From Lama glama (Eukaryota): a DNA stretch of 64,000 nt. The position numbers and the translations under genes were made by a program. The notes under the pieces were generated by a model. It ran no database searches. It was not told the origin of the DNA and worked only from the letters and a program-made list of their open reading frames with translations. This document shows positions 49,119 to 62,609 of the stretch, piece after piece. Position 1 is the stretch's first letter. Every line of letters begins with the position of its first letter. The stretch spans positions 12,834,001 through 12,898,000 of the forward strand of contig CM052832.1 in assembly GCA_028534125.1 (NCBI GenBank). The letters are read 5' to 3'.

Positions 49119-51189
49119 AATAGTTGGTGGGGGAGTAGTAATATACACTTAAAGAGGTTTTTTTTTTTTTTTTAAGTTTTTTATCCTACCTCTAATTACA
49201 CCCCCAAACATCCCCCCAGATGCCAGTGCCCAAAGACTGGACTGCCACTGCCAGACTTTTTGTTATAAAAAGAAATCTCTTTTTAAAAAAGGGCTGCTGC
49301 TGTTTGAGTCTCTGTTTCGTGCAGCCAAATGTACTCTTACAGGTGCCTTAGGCTCTTACAATGTGCTCATTGTCATTGTTTTCCTCCCTCAACCCAGTGA
49401 TATAAGAGCTCCAGCTGAAGGGAGCTAGCAGCAGCATCCTCTGCTGGGATCACGTCTCAAATTGTGGAAGGAACTGAAAATACGAAGTTCTTTCCGTAAT
49501 CTAAGACACTGCAAGATGCACTTTTATTTCAAGTACCACTGAGAGAAAAATACCAGTCATTAAATTATACCTCAATGCTTTCTCATCACTTTGAATTTTT
49601 ATTTTCTACTTAACAAAATGATCTTTTTAGATCTATTTAGACAGATTTTTAAATCACATATTGATGCCTATAAGAATACTCAACTTCAGGAGAAATCAGT
49701 AAAATGCAAAAAGGCACTTTCTCTTTTTCAGTAGTGCCATCATCCTTAACATATTTGCTTTTGTCTTCATGCCTATTGCCTCACAGTAACAATAGCTGCT
49801 GAGACTCTGTGCATCACACCACATTCAAGTTAAGAAGAAAGAAGATGTAAAGATAGTAATAAGATCCTCACTTATCAGAAAAAATTAAAGTCTTCCTAGA
49901 GCTCCCAGAAGATTTCTGCATGTGTGTCATTTGCTAGAACCGTGTCCCAGGGACATTGTTGATACAAGCAAATACCTGGAAATGCAAATATTTTACTTAT
50001 GTCTAAATTCATTGCCATTCTAAGCAAAAGCAGACTTCTGTTAGCAAAGAAGAAGGAAATGCATAATGCAGAGGAAGCTAATGGTGTCTTTTGCAGCATA
50101 GCTTAATAAATAGTAGTTTTACATGTATAATAAATAGTAGTTACCCCCGGTATAAAGCAAAAATAATGATAGCAAAAATACTTGTGTAGTACAATGCTTA
50201 CCATGTTCCGGGCACTGTTCTGAGTGTTTTAAATAAATTAACTAGTTTAATCCTCACAGCAACTTTATGAGTTATTGTTTTTGTTTTATTGTAGCATTTT
50301 TTGTTGTACATGCTATGCTCATAATTAGATTTATAATCTTTGGTGCATAACATATTCCTCATTGATCCATGCATGGCTCTTTTATTTACTTTTAAAATAT
50401 TAGTTATTTTTAATAATGTAATAGGTACCCTCAAATCCTCCACTCAAAATAAAATTGAGATCTTCTCAGTAATTCGGGTCTGACTTTATGGTCTGCTCAA
50501 TCCATTTTGCTTCCTCCCCTGACTGGAGTTGATCATCATCTAGAATCCTAAGTTCATCACTCCTTCACTTTCCTGATGTAGTTTCCTTATACAGCTTTAT
50601 AGTTTTATTGCATCTAAAATATGTGTGTATGTGTATAATATATATCTGTAGTTGTCTTTAATTGTATATCTTCTTTTGGTACTTTTTTTTACTATTACAT
50701 TGCTAAGATTCATCCAAATTGTTATGTGTTGTTACAGTCATTCAATTTTTATAACCATTTAACATCCCATTGTGTGAATATGTAGCAGTTTATTCATCCT
50801 CAAACCATTCTCAATTGAAGTACCTATTATGTTCTTAGTGATTTTTTTATTTTCTGGCTATTAACTGGACTAAATGTGTCACATCCATGTTTGCTAATAG
50901 CTTCATATGATTTGAATGGTTCTCTTCATCCTTTTTAAAGGCTGCATGAGATCCCACCTCTTCTGCAAGACTTGCAATCATGCTTTGCAAATAATTTGCC
51001 TTATGTGATCAGTTATTTACACTGGGCTCCCAGAGAGGTGCTGACCAATAAAGACTGATTTGATGGGCCTGGTGCACATAGAGGGCCTTTAGTTTCAGCC
51101 AAGAGGAATATTGGGGAGAAAGGGGAAGTTGGAAATGTCAGTTCACTGGCCAATAGTTAGCTCCTTGTTATGATCACTTTTGCTTCCCT

Positions 51190-51720
51190 GGACAACCTTG
51201 CAAATGTGGAATCTTGGATTTTTGACCACTGTGATAACCAGAAACCTCTGTGCCTCAGAAAATTCCTTAACACTCTTCCCACAAAAGGTAGAATCCATTT
51301 CCCCTCCCCTTGTATATGGACTGGTGACTGAAGTGAAGACACGGTGATGCAGCTTCCCCTGGCTCACCCTTTTGGGGACAGTGGCTTTGGGGAAGCCAGT
51401 CAGCAGGCTGTGAAGAAGCCCAACTGAGACCACACAGAGAGACCTCATGGAAAGTCTTATATGGAGAGGAACTGAGGCTCTCAACTGACAGCCAGCAGCA
51501 TTTGCCAGACATGAGTGAACAAGTCTTCATGGAGAGGACCCCAAATCTGTGAGTGGTGACAAGCTATCTTGGATGGGCCCTGTCCAAATTCCTCATCATG
51601 CAGTGTTAAGCTAACCCCCTGTGTTGTATCCGAAGTCCTCAACCCCCAGGACCCATATGCATAATAAATGGCTGTCTTATGCTACTAAGTTTTGGGGTAA
51701 TTTGTTATGCTGACTGGTAA
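51190..51720 (+). mobile_element. MLT1-type MaLR LTR
   Basis: ggagaggaactgaggctctcaactgacagccagca...aataaatggctgtcttatgctactaagttttggggtaatttgttatgc. Confidence 0.7.
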
Positions 51721-52426
51721 TATTAATGGGGGAAAAAAGTAACTGGTAGTCCCAATTTAAAGATGTGGGAACTGAGGCCTGGAAAGGATAAGTGCACAGT
51801 AAATGCAGAAGCCAAGGTTTCAACTGTAGCCATTTGTTTTGAAAACTTGCTGTTCTTAACCCAGACGCCTCCCTTAGATTGTCTGTAACCTATTTCTTCC
51901 CTTGCATTTTCAGGATACCCTTGATGGCTCAGACCATGACTTATTAACTTGCTCCCTCAATGCTGAGATTGAACCTGGGAGGGCAGCGCTTCCCAGAAAA
52001 AAAAAAAAAATTCACACTCCATGCCCTAAATATAGCCCCACTCAGAAAGGATTAGACTGATCTGCAGATTGTCAAATGCGACCTGCCCAAGTAAGATAAA
52101 GGCTTAGATCAGGGCTAAAAAACAGAATATTTTAAAATAAACATAACACACTTCTATTGAGTTCAAAAAGGAGGATGTTAAAGTAAAGTGGAAGAATAAA
52201 AATCAGCTTTCTTTCACATTATTTTGTTATATTAATCATTTTTTATTTTTCTAGTAGTTTGTTTAAAAATCTGCATAGAGATATCTTTAACTTAAACACT
52301 ATTTAAAATGTTATAAATATTCAAAGATGGAATCAGAATCTCTTCTAGTTGTGTAGGAGTTGAAATGATGTATCATTTTTAGAAAATTTCACAAATAAAC
52401 AAAAAAGACTGCACTGTCACCAACTA

Positions 52427-52440
52427 CTTTCCATGGTAAC
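52427..52440. promoter_or_regulatory. RFX X-box-like motif
   Basis: CTTTCCATGGTAAC versus consensus GTTNCCATGGNAAC, one mismatch. Confidence 0.4.
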
Positions 52441-52929
52441 ATTTTTAGCTCTTGGTTCCAACTAGGACAGAGTTACCCCACTATCCTTCCACGATGCCAG
52501 CTTAACCATTTCTGGGGCTACAAAGATACTGTGTTAATGAAAGCTACACCAGCATAAAGGGAGCCAATGGGATTTATTGAATGATCCAGATTTATTGGGA
52601 ATTCATGGAATAATTATATTTTCAAAAATTTATTTTTATTAAAATTGTATCTGTCATAATAATACTTAAAAGCTTACAATAAAAACTACAGTCCTCTGTA
52701 CCCCTCCACCCCTAGTCATACTTCCCACAGGCAACCACCTCAGTTCTTCTGTTTCCCCTCCTATGTACCTCTTTATCTCTAAATTATATACTTATACCAA
52801 TATTTCTTGATTAATCATTTTTAGACGTTATCTATCGACTTCCCATCATAATAGTGAGGACTTCTTATCCCCTACACACATACGCACTGCCTTTCCTCCC
52901 AAACTCCCAACATGGCTGTATCATCATTC

Positions 52930-53570
52930 TCGGTTATATCAAGACTACAGCTGCACAAATAGTGTTAGTCATAGTAGCTCAGAGGAGACACGGTGGTGAT
53001 TGGAATCTGGTGGTGACAGTGGAGATGGAAAAACAATGACTGATGCAAGAGATATGTGGGAAGGAGAGTAGATGCAACTCAGTGGGGCTTTCTGAATGTA
53101 GGGGATGAGAGAGAGGTTAGTCCATGGGCAAATGGGCAGGTGCATGCTGGTATTTACTGAAATAGGCAACACCGGAGTAGCAGCAGGTAGGGGTGGGGTG
53201 GGAGAAATTGTAAGCTCAGTTTGAGACATGTTGAGCTTGAGCGGTCCAAAGGGAGTTCCCAAATGGAGGCAGAAGAGTTGAATGTGCTGGGTTGGATCTC
53301 CATACAGAAGACTGGACTGGCTTTGGGAGTCGTCAGCACGTAGATGGCAACTGAACCACGGGAATGAACGAAGTTACGTAGGAAGAGAGGATAAAGTGAG
53401 AAGAGTGTCTTGGTTTGTTCAATGAGGAAGACCAACATTTAAGAATAAGCAGAAAGATGCCAGTAAAGGAAGGAATTGCCAGAGAAGTGGAGAAAAACAA
53501 GGTGAGTTTGCTGTCAGGAGCTAAGAGAAGATTTAAGAGGTAAAGAGTGATCAGCTGAAGCGATAAACAT
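52930..53570 (-). mobile_element. L2 fragment
   Basis: gctcagtttgagacatgttgagcttgag...tttgggagtcgtcagcacgtagatggcaactgaa. Confidence 0.75.
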
Positions 53571-55967
53571 ACGTTTCCAGAGATGATAAGAACACAGATG
53601 ATGTAGAGGGAGACAGATGTTTCTTCACTGTAACAGAGGAAGGGGGTGTGTATTTGGAAATGGGATTTGTGGATCTGGGGGCAGAAATCTGGGGATAGAT
53701 GTTGCAGAGAACACCCAACAGGAGAGGAAGTTAACCAGAGAAGTGTTGTAGAGTTTCCCGTCAGTGCTGAAAGCCCAGCTGAAATTGGTGACCATGAATT
53801 AATAGTGGTACAAAACTATCTCGTAGGACTTTGGTCTAGATTATCCTTGGAGGTTTGGACAAAGAATATGGAAAATCCATATGGGCAGAAGACTTTTGGT
53901 GGAGAGTTCTGACTTTTGCTATTTCAGCATGTTGTTTGTGATCTCTAATTCTGTTTGCATCAATTTGAGGAAATGTTATTTTTTAGAATTAGATTATCTG
54001 GTCATCAAATATATTAGCCCAGAGTCAACTTAAGGACAAGTACTAGAAATTAAACCTATAGGTGCCTTAAACTTAGAATGAGCCAAATAATAAAATGAAT
54101 CACATAAAGTTATTAGTAAAATTGAAGGTTACTTGAAAGATGAATCAAGACCTCTTCAAAGTCCTGTTGAAGAACCAGAAAATTAGCAGAATGACCTCCC
54201 ATAAGGCAGGGGTTGATTCTTCTCAGGTAGAGTTAAGAGCTTCATTCTAAATTGTTGTAAATAACTATGAATGAGTCCTCTCCTGACAAGAAAAAATAAT
54301 CAATATCTAGGAGTCTGAATGCATAAATAGTACAAATATATACCCCCCACCATCAACGAAGAAATAAATATATACAATTATAGCTATAAGATTGTAATTC
54401 TAACACAGTGCCTGGCGCAAGGAAGCTTTTAGTAAGTACCTATTATTATTATCAGTATTATTTTATTCCCTTATTTCATTTGACTGGCATATTTCTGAGA
54501 AGTAAATGTTTTAATTAACAAAATAAAAGCAAACTTTTCTATTGACAACATACAACTCGAGAGAAAGAAAGAAAAGCCCACACAAAGATTTTAAAAGTCA
54601 CGTGTAAGAATACAGAAAAAAAATGTTAATAGCAATATATTCATGTTACAGAAAATGTTACATCTGCTCTATCAAATGAGATGAAGAAACTTCTAAAGCA
54701 AGAACCTCAAACTCCAAGGCCTTCTGGGGTCTGGCAAGTAAAATAAGTGGATGAGGTTCAGGGGTATAAAAATAATAGGGAGTGGTAGAGTCTGTAGCAA
54801 CAGAACAGTATCCACCCTGTCGGAAAGCATTTTAATTCAAGTTCTTTTAAAAGATTGTGCTGTTGAAACAAAACATGTTTGAGGGCCATGTTGCAATTTT
54901 TCACTCCCTGCATTTCTTAGTCCGTTCTACTTTGCCAAGTTAAAGACCGTCCCCTTCTTTTACAGCAATCAAGAGTTCATCCTTAAAAGTTTTACTGTGT
55001 AGGATATAAGAAGATGGGGAGGGAAGGGAGGAAAGGAGAAAGGCTAGGAGAGACAGGGAGAAATGGCCCTGAGAGTTCCTGAGAACACATGGCTAAGACA
55101 AGGGACAGTCGGGGAGTGGTGGGGGGTGGTAGTGCCAATATTGGTGAAGGGTCTGCTCTAATCAAGGCTCTTTTCTAGTCGAGGGCCTGTTAGGAACTGT
55201 GTGTTAAATGGAGTCTCTGGGCTCACTGAGCTCACAGATTTCTGAGGCAGACAAGGCACAAATGGGTTGAGTGTTAAGATTGGTTTCAGAGCCATACAGA
55301 TGTGAGTTCAAATCCTGATTTTGCCACTGATCAGATGTACAGCTTTAGGCAAAATTAATCTTAATTTCTCCAAGCCTAAAGTCCTCATTGGCAGCCATTA
55401 GGATGATTATTATACATATAAAAAATAGCAATTTCAAACAATGTAAAAGATATCACAAGACAATATATGATTTATTATCAAACATTATAAAGACAATAGT
55501 GGCCCTGAGATTAAAGGGAGACATCTTTTTATAAGGAGATGGTAAAAACCATAGACTCAGCGAGATAAGCACATAGAGAGAAAGGATCTGCTGGTTTCTT
55601 TAAAAGGGCAAAGTCAAGAGAGGTACTGGATCTGCAGTGGACGGCTGGTCCTCATTGGCTTTAGCTTCAGTGAAGATTAGACATATTACAGCACAGGCTA
55701 AGTGACTGTAACGAAGGAACCACCAAAGGCAGTGGCTTATTTGTGATAGGAGTTTACTTCTCTCTCAAGTAACAGTGATGCATGCCCTAGAAGGTGTTTC
55801 CCATATAAAACAAGGGCTTCCCATCAGCTCTGATCACGGCCAAGAATCAGAAAGGAGGAAAAGCAAGGAGAGAGAAATTGATGTTGGGAGACAATGAACA
55901 GTCTTTGCCGTAGATAGACCAAGGGAACCAAAACATTTTATGAGATTTTTAAAGAATAAAAAGAGGA

Positions 55968-56853
55968 GTCTACTCTAAATAGAAAAGAAGCAAGATGCTA
56001 CAAAAATGAGAAACTCGTAACTGGAAAGGTGATAACTACCATGAATTACAAATAGAATAAACACAAAATTGTAAAAGAAGACATCTAAATCATTAAGAGT
56101 GGGAGAGGGAAGCAAGGAAAGCCACTGTGGAAAACGGTATGGAGATTCCTCAAAAGACTAGGAATAGACTTATCATATGACCCAGGAATTCCACTCCTGG
56201 GCATGTATCCAGAAGGAACCCTACTTCATAATGACACCTGCACCCCAATGTTCATGGCAGCACTATTTACAATAGCCAAGACATGGAAACAGCCTAGATG
56301 TCCATCAACAGATGATTGGATAAAGAACAGGTGGTATATNNNNNNNNNNNNNNNNNNNNNNNNNNNNNNNNNNNNNNNNNNNNNNNNNNNNNNNNNNNNN
56401 NNNNNNNNNNNNNNNNNNNNNNNNNNNNNNNNNNNNNNNAGCAACATGGATGTTCCTGGAGAGTGTCATTCTAAGTGAAGTAAGCCAGAAAGAGAAAGAA
56501 AAATACCATATAAGATCACTCATATGTGGAATCTAAAAAACAAAAAAAACCAAAAAAACCCATAAATACAAAACAGAAACAGACTCATAGACATAGAATA
56601 CAAACTTGTGGTTGCCAAGTGGGTGGGGGGTGGGAAGGGACAGACTGAGATTTTAAAAAGTAGACTAGATAAAGAAGATTATACTGTATAGAACAGGGAA
56701 ATATATACAAGATCTTGCGGTAGCTCACAGCAAAAAAAAATGTGAGAATGAATATATGTATGTTCATGTATAACTGAAAAATTGTGCTCTACACTGGAAT
56801 TTGACACAACATTGTAAAATGACTATTACTCAATAAAAGAAATGTTTTAAAAA
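55968..56853 (+). mobile_element. Young lineage-specific L1 insertion with 17-bp TSD (composite 5' end)
   Basis: TSD aaagaataaaaagagga at 55951-55967 and 56854-56870, preceded by TTTTT (L1 EN site); ORF2 C-terminal peptide [29 protein letters not shown]; AATAAA at 56832. Confidence 0.9.
56340..56439. other. Assembly gap (100 N) within the young L1
   Basis: N run. Confidence 1.
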
Positions 56854-57719
56854 AAAGAATAAAAAGAGGAAATCTGCTATATGTTTCAGGTAGGTGGGAG
56901 GCAGTAAATATAGCAGGGCCCATTATGCCACAGGGACCTTTGGTATGAGATTAATTGTCTTTTTCCACCCTAGTTTTTCCTTAGAGAATTCAGTTGTATC
57001 AAATTGGATTACTTATAGTCCTGTGTCATAAAAAAACAGTTGTCATTAACACAATGCATGGTCCACTTTTATTTACTAATTTATTTGCTTTTTATACCAT
57101 ATTGATCATTTGTGACTATCCTCATTCAATCCAAGAAATAGGAAATTAACTATAATTCACATTCATCTATACATCCCTTCCCTATCCTTAATCCCTGTAC
57201 TTCAGAGGTAACCACTACTATCCCAAATTTTGTATTAATTATTCCTTTACTTTTTATATAAAACTTTATCCACATATATATTTAAGCCAAACAATATATT
57301 AATTAATTTTCATTATTTTTGAATTTTACAGAAAGGTTATCATACTATATGCACTCAATCTTGAGAAATATTTTAGCTGGTATAGAATCTTAGGTTGACA
57401 GTAATTGTATTTTAGCACATTTATAATTCCTCTGGATTTTGGTTTCCCTTAGAAGCCTAACTATTGCTTTTATGAATAAAAAGACCCTTGGCTATTTTTG
57501 AGATTTTCTCTTAGTATTTGGTGTTCAACAGTACCATATGTGTAGATATAACTTCCTTTTATTTATTCTACTAGAAATCAGAGGTCTTGAATTTGTGGTT
57601 TGTTGTTTTTCTTCTGTTGTGCAAATCCTCAGCTATAATCTCTTCAAACTTGCTGCCCTATTCTCTATCTTCTCTCCCTCCCTCCTTTCTCTCTTTTTCT
57701 CTCTGAGTCATAACATCTT

Positions 57720-57828
57720 TTTTTTTTTTTTGGTAGGAGGGTAATTAGGTTTATTTATTTTTAGAGAAGGTACTGGGGATTGAACCTAGGACCTCATGCA
57801 TGCTAAGCATGCGCTCTACCCTCTCCCC
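57720..57828 (-). mobile_element. tRNA-Ala-derived camelid-type SINE, deleted in the A-box region
   Basis: B box and gcatgcttagcatgc core present; poly-T on the plus strand; TSD-like ataacatctt / atagcatctt. Confidence 0.82.
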
Positions 57829-58134
57829 TATAGCATCTTACTATAGCCTTCATGTCTCTAAACTTCTCATCCATATTTTCCATCTTTTTGTCCCTCTGTA
57901 CTACTTTCTGGAAAATTTCTACTGAGTTATGTTCTGGTTAACTACTTATCACTTCATCCGTGTCTAATCTGCTACCAAATATGCCCACTCAATTTTAAAT
58001 TTCAGGTATTGAGTTTTTCATCTCCAGAAATTCTACTTGGTTCTCTTTCAGATCTGCGAGGTTCTTTTCTTTTTATATTGAATGACAATTTATTAAGGAT
58101 CAATCACTGCGTTGGGGTTTGGTTTGGGGTTGGT

Positions 58135-58347
58135 ATTTTTATTTTTTAATGTATTTTTATTGACGTACAGTCAGTTTGCAATGTTGTGTCAATTTCTGGT
58201 GTACTCACAACACTTCAGTCATAAAGGAACATACATACATTCATTTTCATATTCTTTTTAACCATAAGTTACTACAAGATATTGAATATAGTTCCCTGTC
58301 CTATAGTGTATAAACTTATTATTTATCTATTTTATATATAGTAATTT
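58135..58347 (-). mobile_element. Cetartiodactyl-type L1 3' end
   Basis: caatgttgtgtcaatttctggtgtac...tacaagatattgaatatagttccctgt is the reverse complement of the L1 3' UTR type seen at 41.7 kb. Confidence 0.82.
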
Positions 58348-58424
58348 ACTAGGTTATTTTCTATGATTCCTTATTTCTACATATACTTACAATATTATCT
58401 CATTTGTTTAAATATAGTAATCAA

Positions 58425-58797
58425 AGGAACTTCTGACACATGCTACCTAATGTCCTTGAGAACATTATGCTAAGTAAAATAAGCCAGTCACAAAAAGATG
58501 AAAACTGTATTATTCCATTTTGCTATTCTGGATTCACCATATCCAGATATGTATCATATCCAGAGTAGTAGAATTCATAGAAACAAAGTAGAATTGTGGT
58601 TGTTGGAGGCTGGACATAGGAAATAGGGAGTTGTTGTTTAATGGGTACAGAGCTTCAGTTTTGCAAGATGAAAAGTTCTGGAGACTGGCTGCATAGCAAT
58701 GTGAAAAGAGTTAACACTGTTGAACTGTACATTTAAAATGGTTAAGACGGTAAATTTTATATTATGTGTATTTTACCACAATTAAAAATAAAATAAT
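58425..58797 (+). mobile_element. L1MB-type 3' end
   Basis: gaacattatgctaagtaaaataagccagtcacaaaaa...gaactgtacatttaaaatggttaag...ccacaattaaaaa. Confidence 0.85.
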
Positions 58798-60148
58798 TTT
58801 TTAAATGTAGTAGTTATAAAAGTGGTATTTTTGCAGTTCTTTTTCTGCTGTCTGTATTTCTGCTGGTTCTCACAGTGCCTTGTTCCTTGATTATTCAGTT
58901 GTTCTTTTTCTAGTGTGTACTAGTCATTATCCCTGAGAAATGACTGATGGTGATTCTTTGAGGACCATCATAAAGATGCATTCCTCCAGAGAGGATCTGA
59001 GTTTGCTTCTGCCACGCACTTTGATACACTTCCAGTTCCAGATTACTTTAAACTAGATTTATGTGTTTAAAGTTTTCTCAGTATTCATGTAATCTAGGCT
59101 AGAAATCTATAAAAAGGTTAGCTGTGGTTACAATGTCTCAAGGAAAGTTCTTTTCCCCTTATGCTCAGTGCAGTACTGAGTTAATTTCCTTTGGAGTCTC
59201 TTAGGAGAAGTATGTGCGGGCAGGGTTACATGTGATTCCCCTTTACTCTAATCATAACCTTTTGGGGGCCACGACTAATATAGAGAAAGCCTTGTAATAG
59301 ACTCCTCACCTTGGTAGACCCTGAGCTTTAATTTCATTCCTCCTTACCCTACAGAATTCTCATGATGAAGTTCAAGTTTTCCCAGAACTGCAAATACCCT
59401 CAGAGCAAATTTGACTTTCATGCTTGCTTATCTGTTCCAATTCCTGAACTCCTGTAGTCTTTGGTCTTCTACCTCCTACCTTGTCAGAACTTCTGTGCTT
59501 TCAAGAATATTTAAAAACTATTTTATCCAGCAATATTAGGTTTGTTTTTTTTTAAGCAGCAAGTTGGCCCCCATAACCTAGCAATCAGAGGCCCTACTTT
59601 ATTTCCTTTTTATTGATTTCTGTTCTTTGTTCTTTATTTTCTTCCTCCAATTTTTGTTGTTCTTATTGTTGGTTTTTTTTCCCCCTAACTTCTTGAGTTG
59701 AATGCTTAGCTCATTATTGATTCTAAATTTCCCTTAAAGTACACCTTTCATTATATTCCTTAAGTTTCGATGTGTAGTGGAGGAGTGATTGCTCAAAGCC
59801 CAGCTGTCTTCATCAACTCCTCACCCCAGCAGGGCTATTGTGCTACCCCAGTTTCTCTCCTGAGGTACTTGCACACAAGGTCTGCACAAATGCAGCCAAT
59901 TTTCCCCATCGGGGCAGCAATGGTTGCCCAAAGCGATGCTAAGAAGAGATAAGAGCATAATTTAAACTAAATTTTCTACTCAATGTTTTCTAATACTGGC
60001 TACATATAAAAATCACTAGAAAGTTTTTAAAAATATTGATAATCTGGGTCCAATCCAGAGAATGTTCTGATTGCTGTGGGGTGGGGGGTGGGCATGGGCA
60101 CTTTCAGTGATTATAAAGTGAAGCCTCAGTTGAGAGTCACTTTTCTAA

Positions 60149-60970
<822 letters not shown>

Positions 60971-61794
60971 CATCAGCCCTTTACTCTCCTGTGAGAGGCA
61001 GATCTCCCAGGTTATCGTGGTGGTTCAATTTCGATTTCTTGCACTTTTCAGCAAGTAGAGACAGAACTACCACCCTTTTGGGGGAATGTGGAGAAAAATG
61101 TGATTACAGTCACAACTGGAGCACCTGCTCATTGAGGATGTTTAGTTAAAGGACGTTATTTGCCAAGCACTCCTTGAGTTCTTCTGGTCAGAACCACTTT
61201 ATTGGTCAAAATGAAGAGGCATGGAATGAAATGAAGCTGAATTGCAGTCTGACAGTCCTGTCACCTTGGTATGTCTTCACCACCCTTCAACCAGCAGCTA
61301 ATTTAACTCTGGGACAGGCAAATTCATATTAATATTTCAGATTGTTGTAGCACAAAGAATATTGTTGGTGTCTTGAGGTGGCTTTGTGCTATGGTTTTTC
61401 TCCCTGTCTTCTACACTACAAAAATAGAGAAAAATCATACTTCATTTTCTGTCTCGAGCCCCCCTCCTTCCAAATTTGTCAAGGGACCCAAAAGGCACTT
61501 GGTTAATCAAAAAGGTATTTGTTACACTTTTATGTCTGTTACCAGACACAGAGGGAGGTCACAAAAAAGTGTAAGATATGAGGCCTGAGCTTGAGGATTT
61601 TGCACTTTAGTGGGAGAAACTAAATCACCATTGATGAATCAATTAGCCTACTACATAACAGTACAAGATTACACATTAGCACCTATCACCATACTTCACT
61701 TTGAGCTCAGGTTCAGAAACTGTCAGACGCAGTTTAAGCCAGGATGGAAGACAAACAGCAAACTTCTTCTTCAAACATTAGACACTGTGTTAAG

Positions 61795-62605
61795 CGTTTA
61801 TTTAATAGCTTTCTTGAGGTATAACTGACATATGATAAACTGCACATGTTTGAAGTATATAATTTGAAAAGTTTTGATGTATGTATATCCCGTGAAACCA
61901 TCACCATAATTGAATTCATGACCTCATGTACCACCCCCAAAAGTTTCCTCCTGATCCCTGCCTCCTGCCCCTTCCTGTATCACCCTTCGCCCTCACAAGG
62001 CACTGAATTGCTGTCTCTATATATTAGTTGGCATTTTCTAGAATTTTACATAAATGGGATCATACCATAAATAATCTTTTTTTTGGCCTGGCTTATTTTG
62101 CTCAGCCTAGTATCTTTAGGATTCATCCACGTGTATGTGTTTTGATAGTTCGTTCTTTACTGCTTAGTATGCCATGGCATGAATGTACCATAGTTTATTC
62201 ACTTGCCCGTTGAAGAACATATAGTTTGTAGTTCAGAGCAATTATGAATAAGAACATACAAACATTTGTGTACAAGACTTTGTATGGACTTATGATTTCA
62301 TTTGTCTTGAGTAAATACCATTTTAACTTTCTAAGAAACTGGCAAACTTTTTTTTCCAGGGTGTATGTTCCATTTTATATTCCCACTGATAGTGTATGAG
62401 AATTCCAGTTCCTCCACATCCTTGCCAGCACTTGGTATTGACAATAAGTTTTTCATTTCAGTCATTCCAACAGGTACGTAGTGGCATCCCATTGTGGTTT
62501 TAACTTTCATTTCTCTAATAACAAACGATGTTGACTGTCTTTTCATATGCTTATTTAGCATCCTCATATCTTCTTTTGTAAGGTGTCCAAATCTTTTGCC
62601 CTTTT
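61795..62605 (-). mobile_element. L1MB-type 3' fragment
   Basis: ttgaggtataactgacatatgataaactgcacat...ctccacatccttgccagcacttggtat. Confidence 0.85.
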
Positions 62606-62609
62606 CTCA

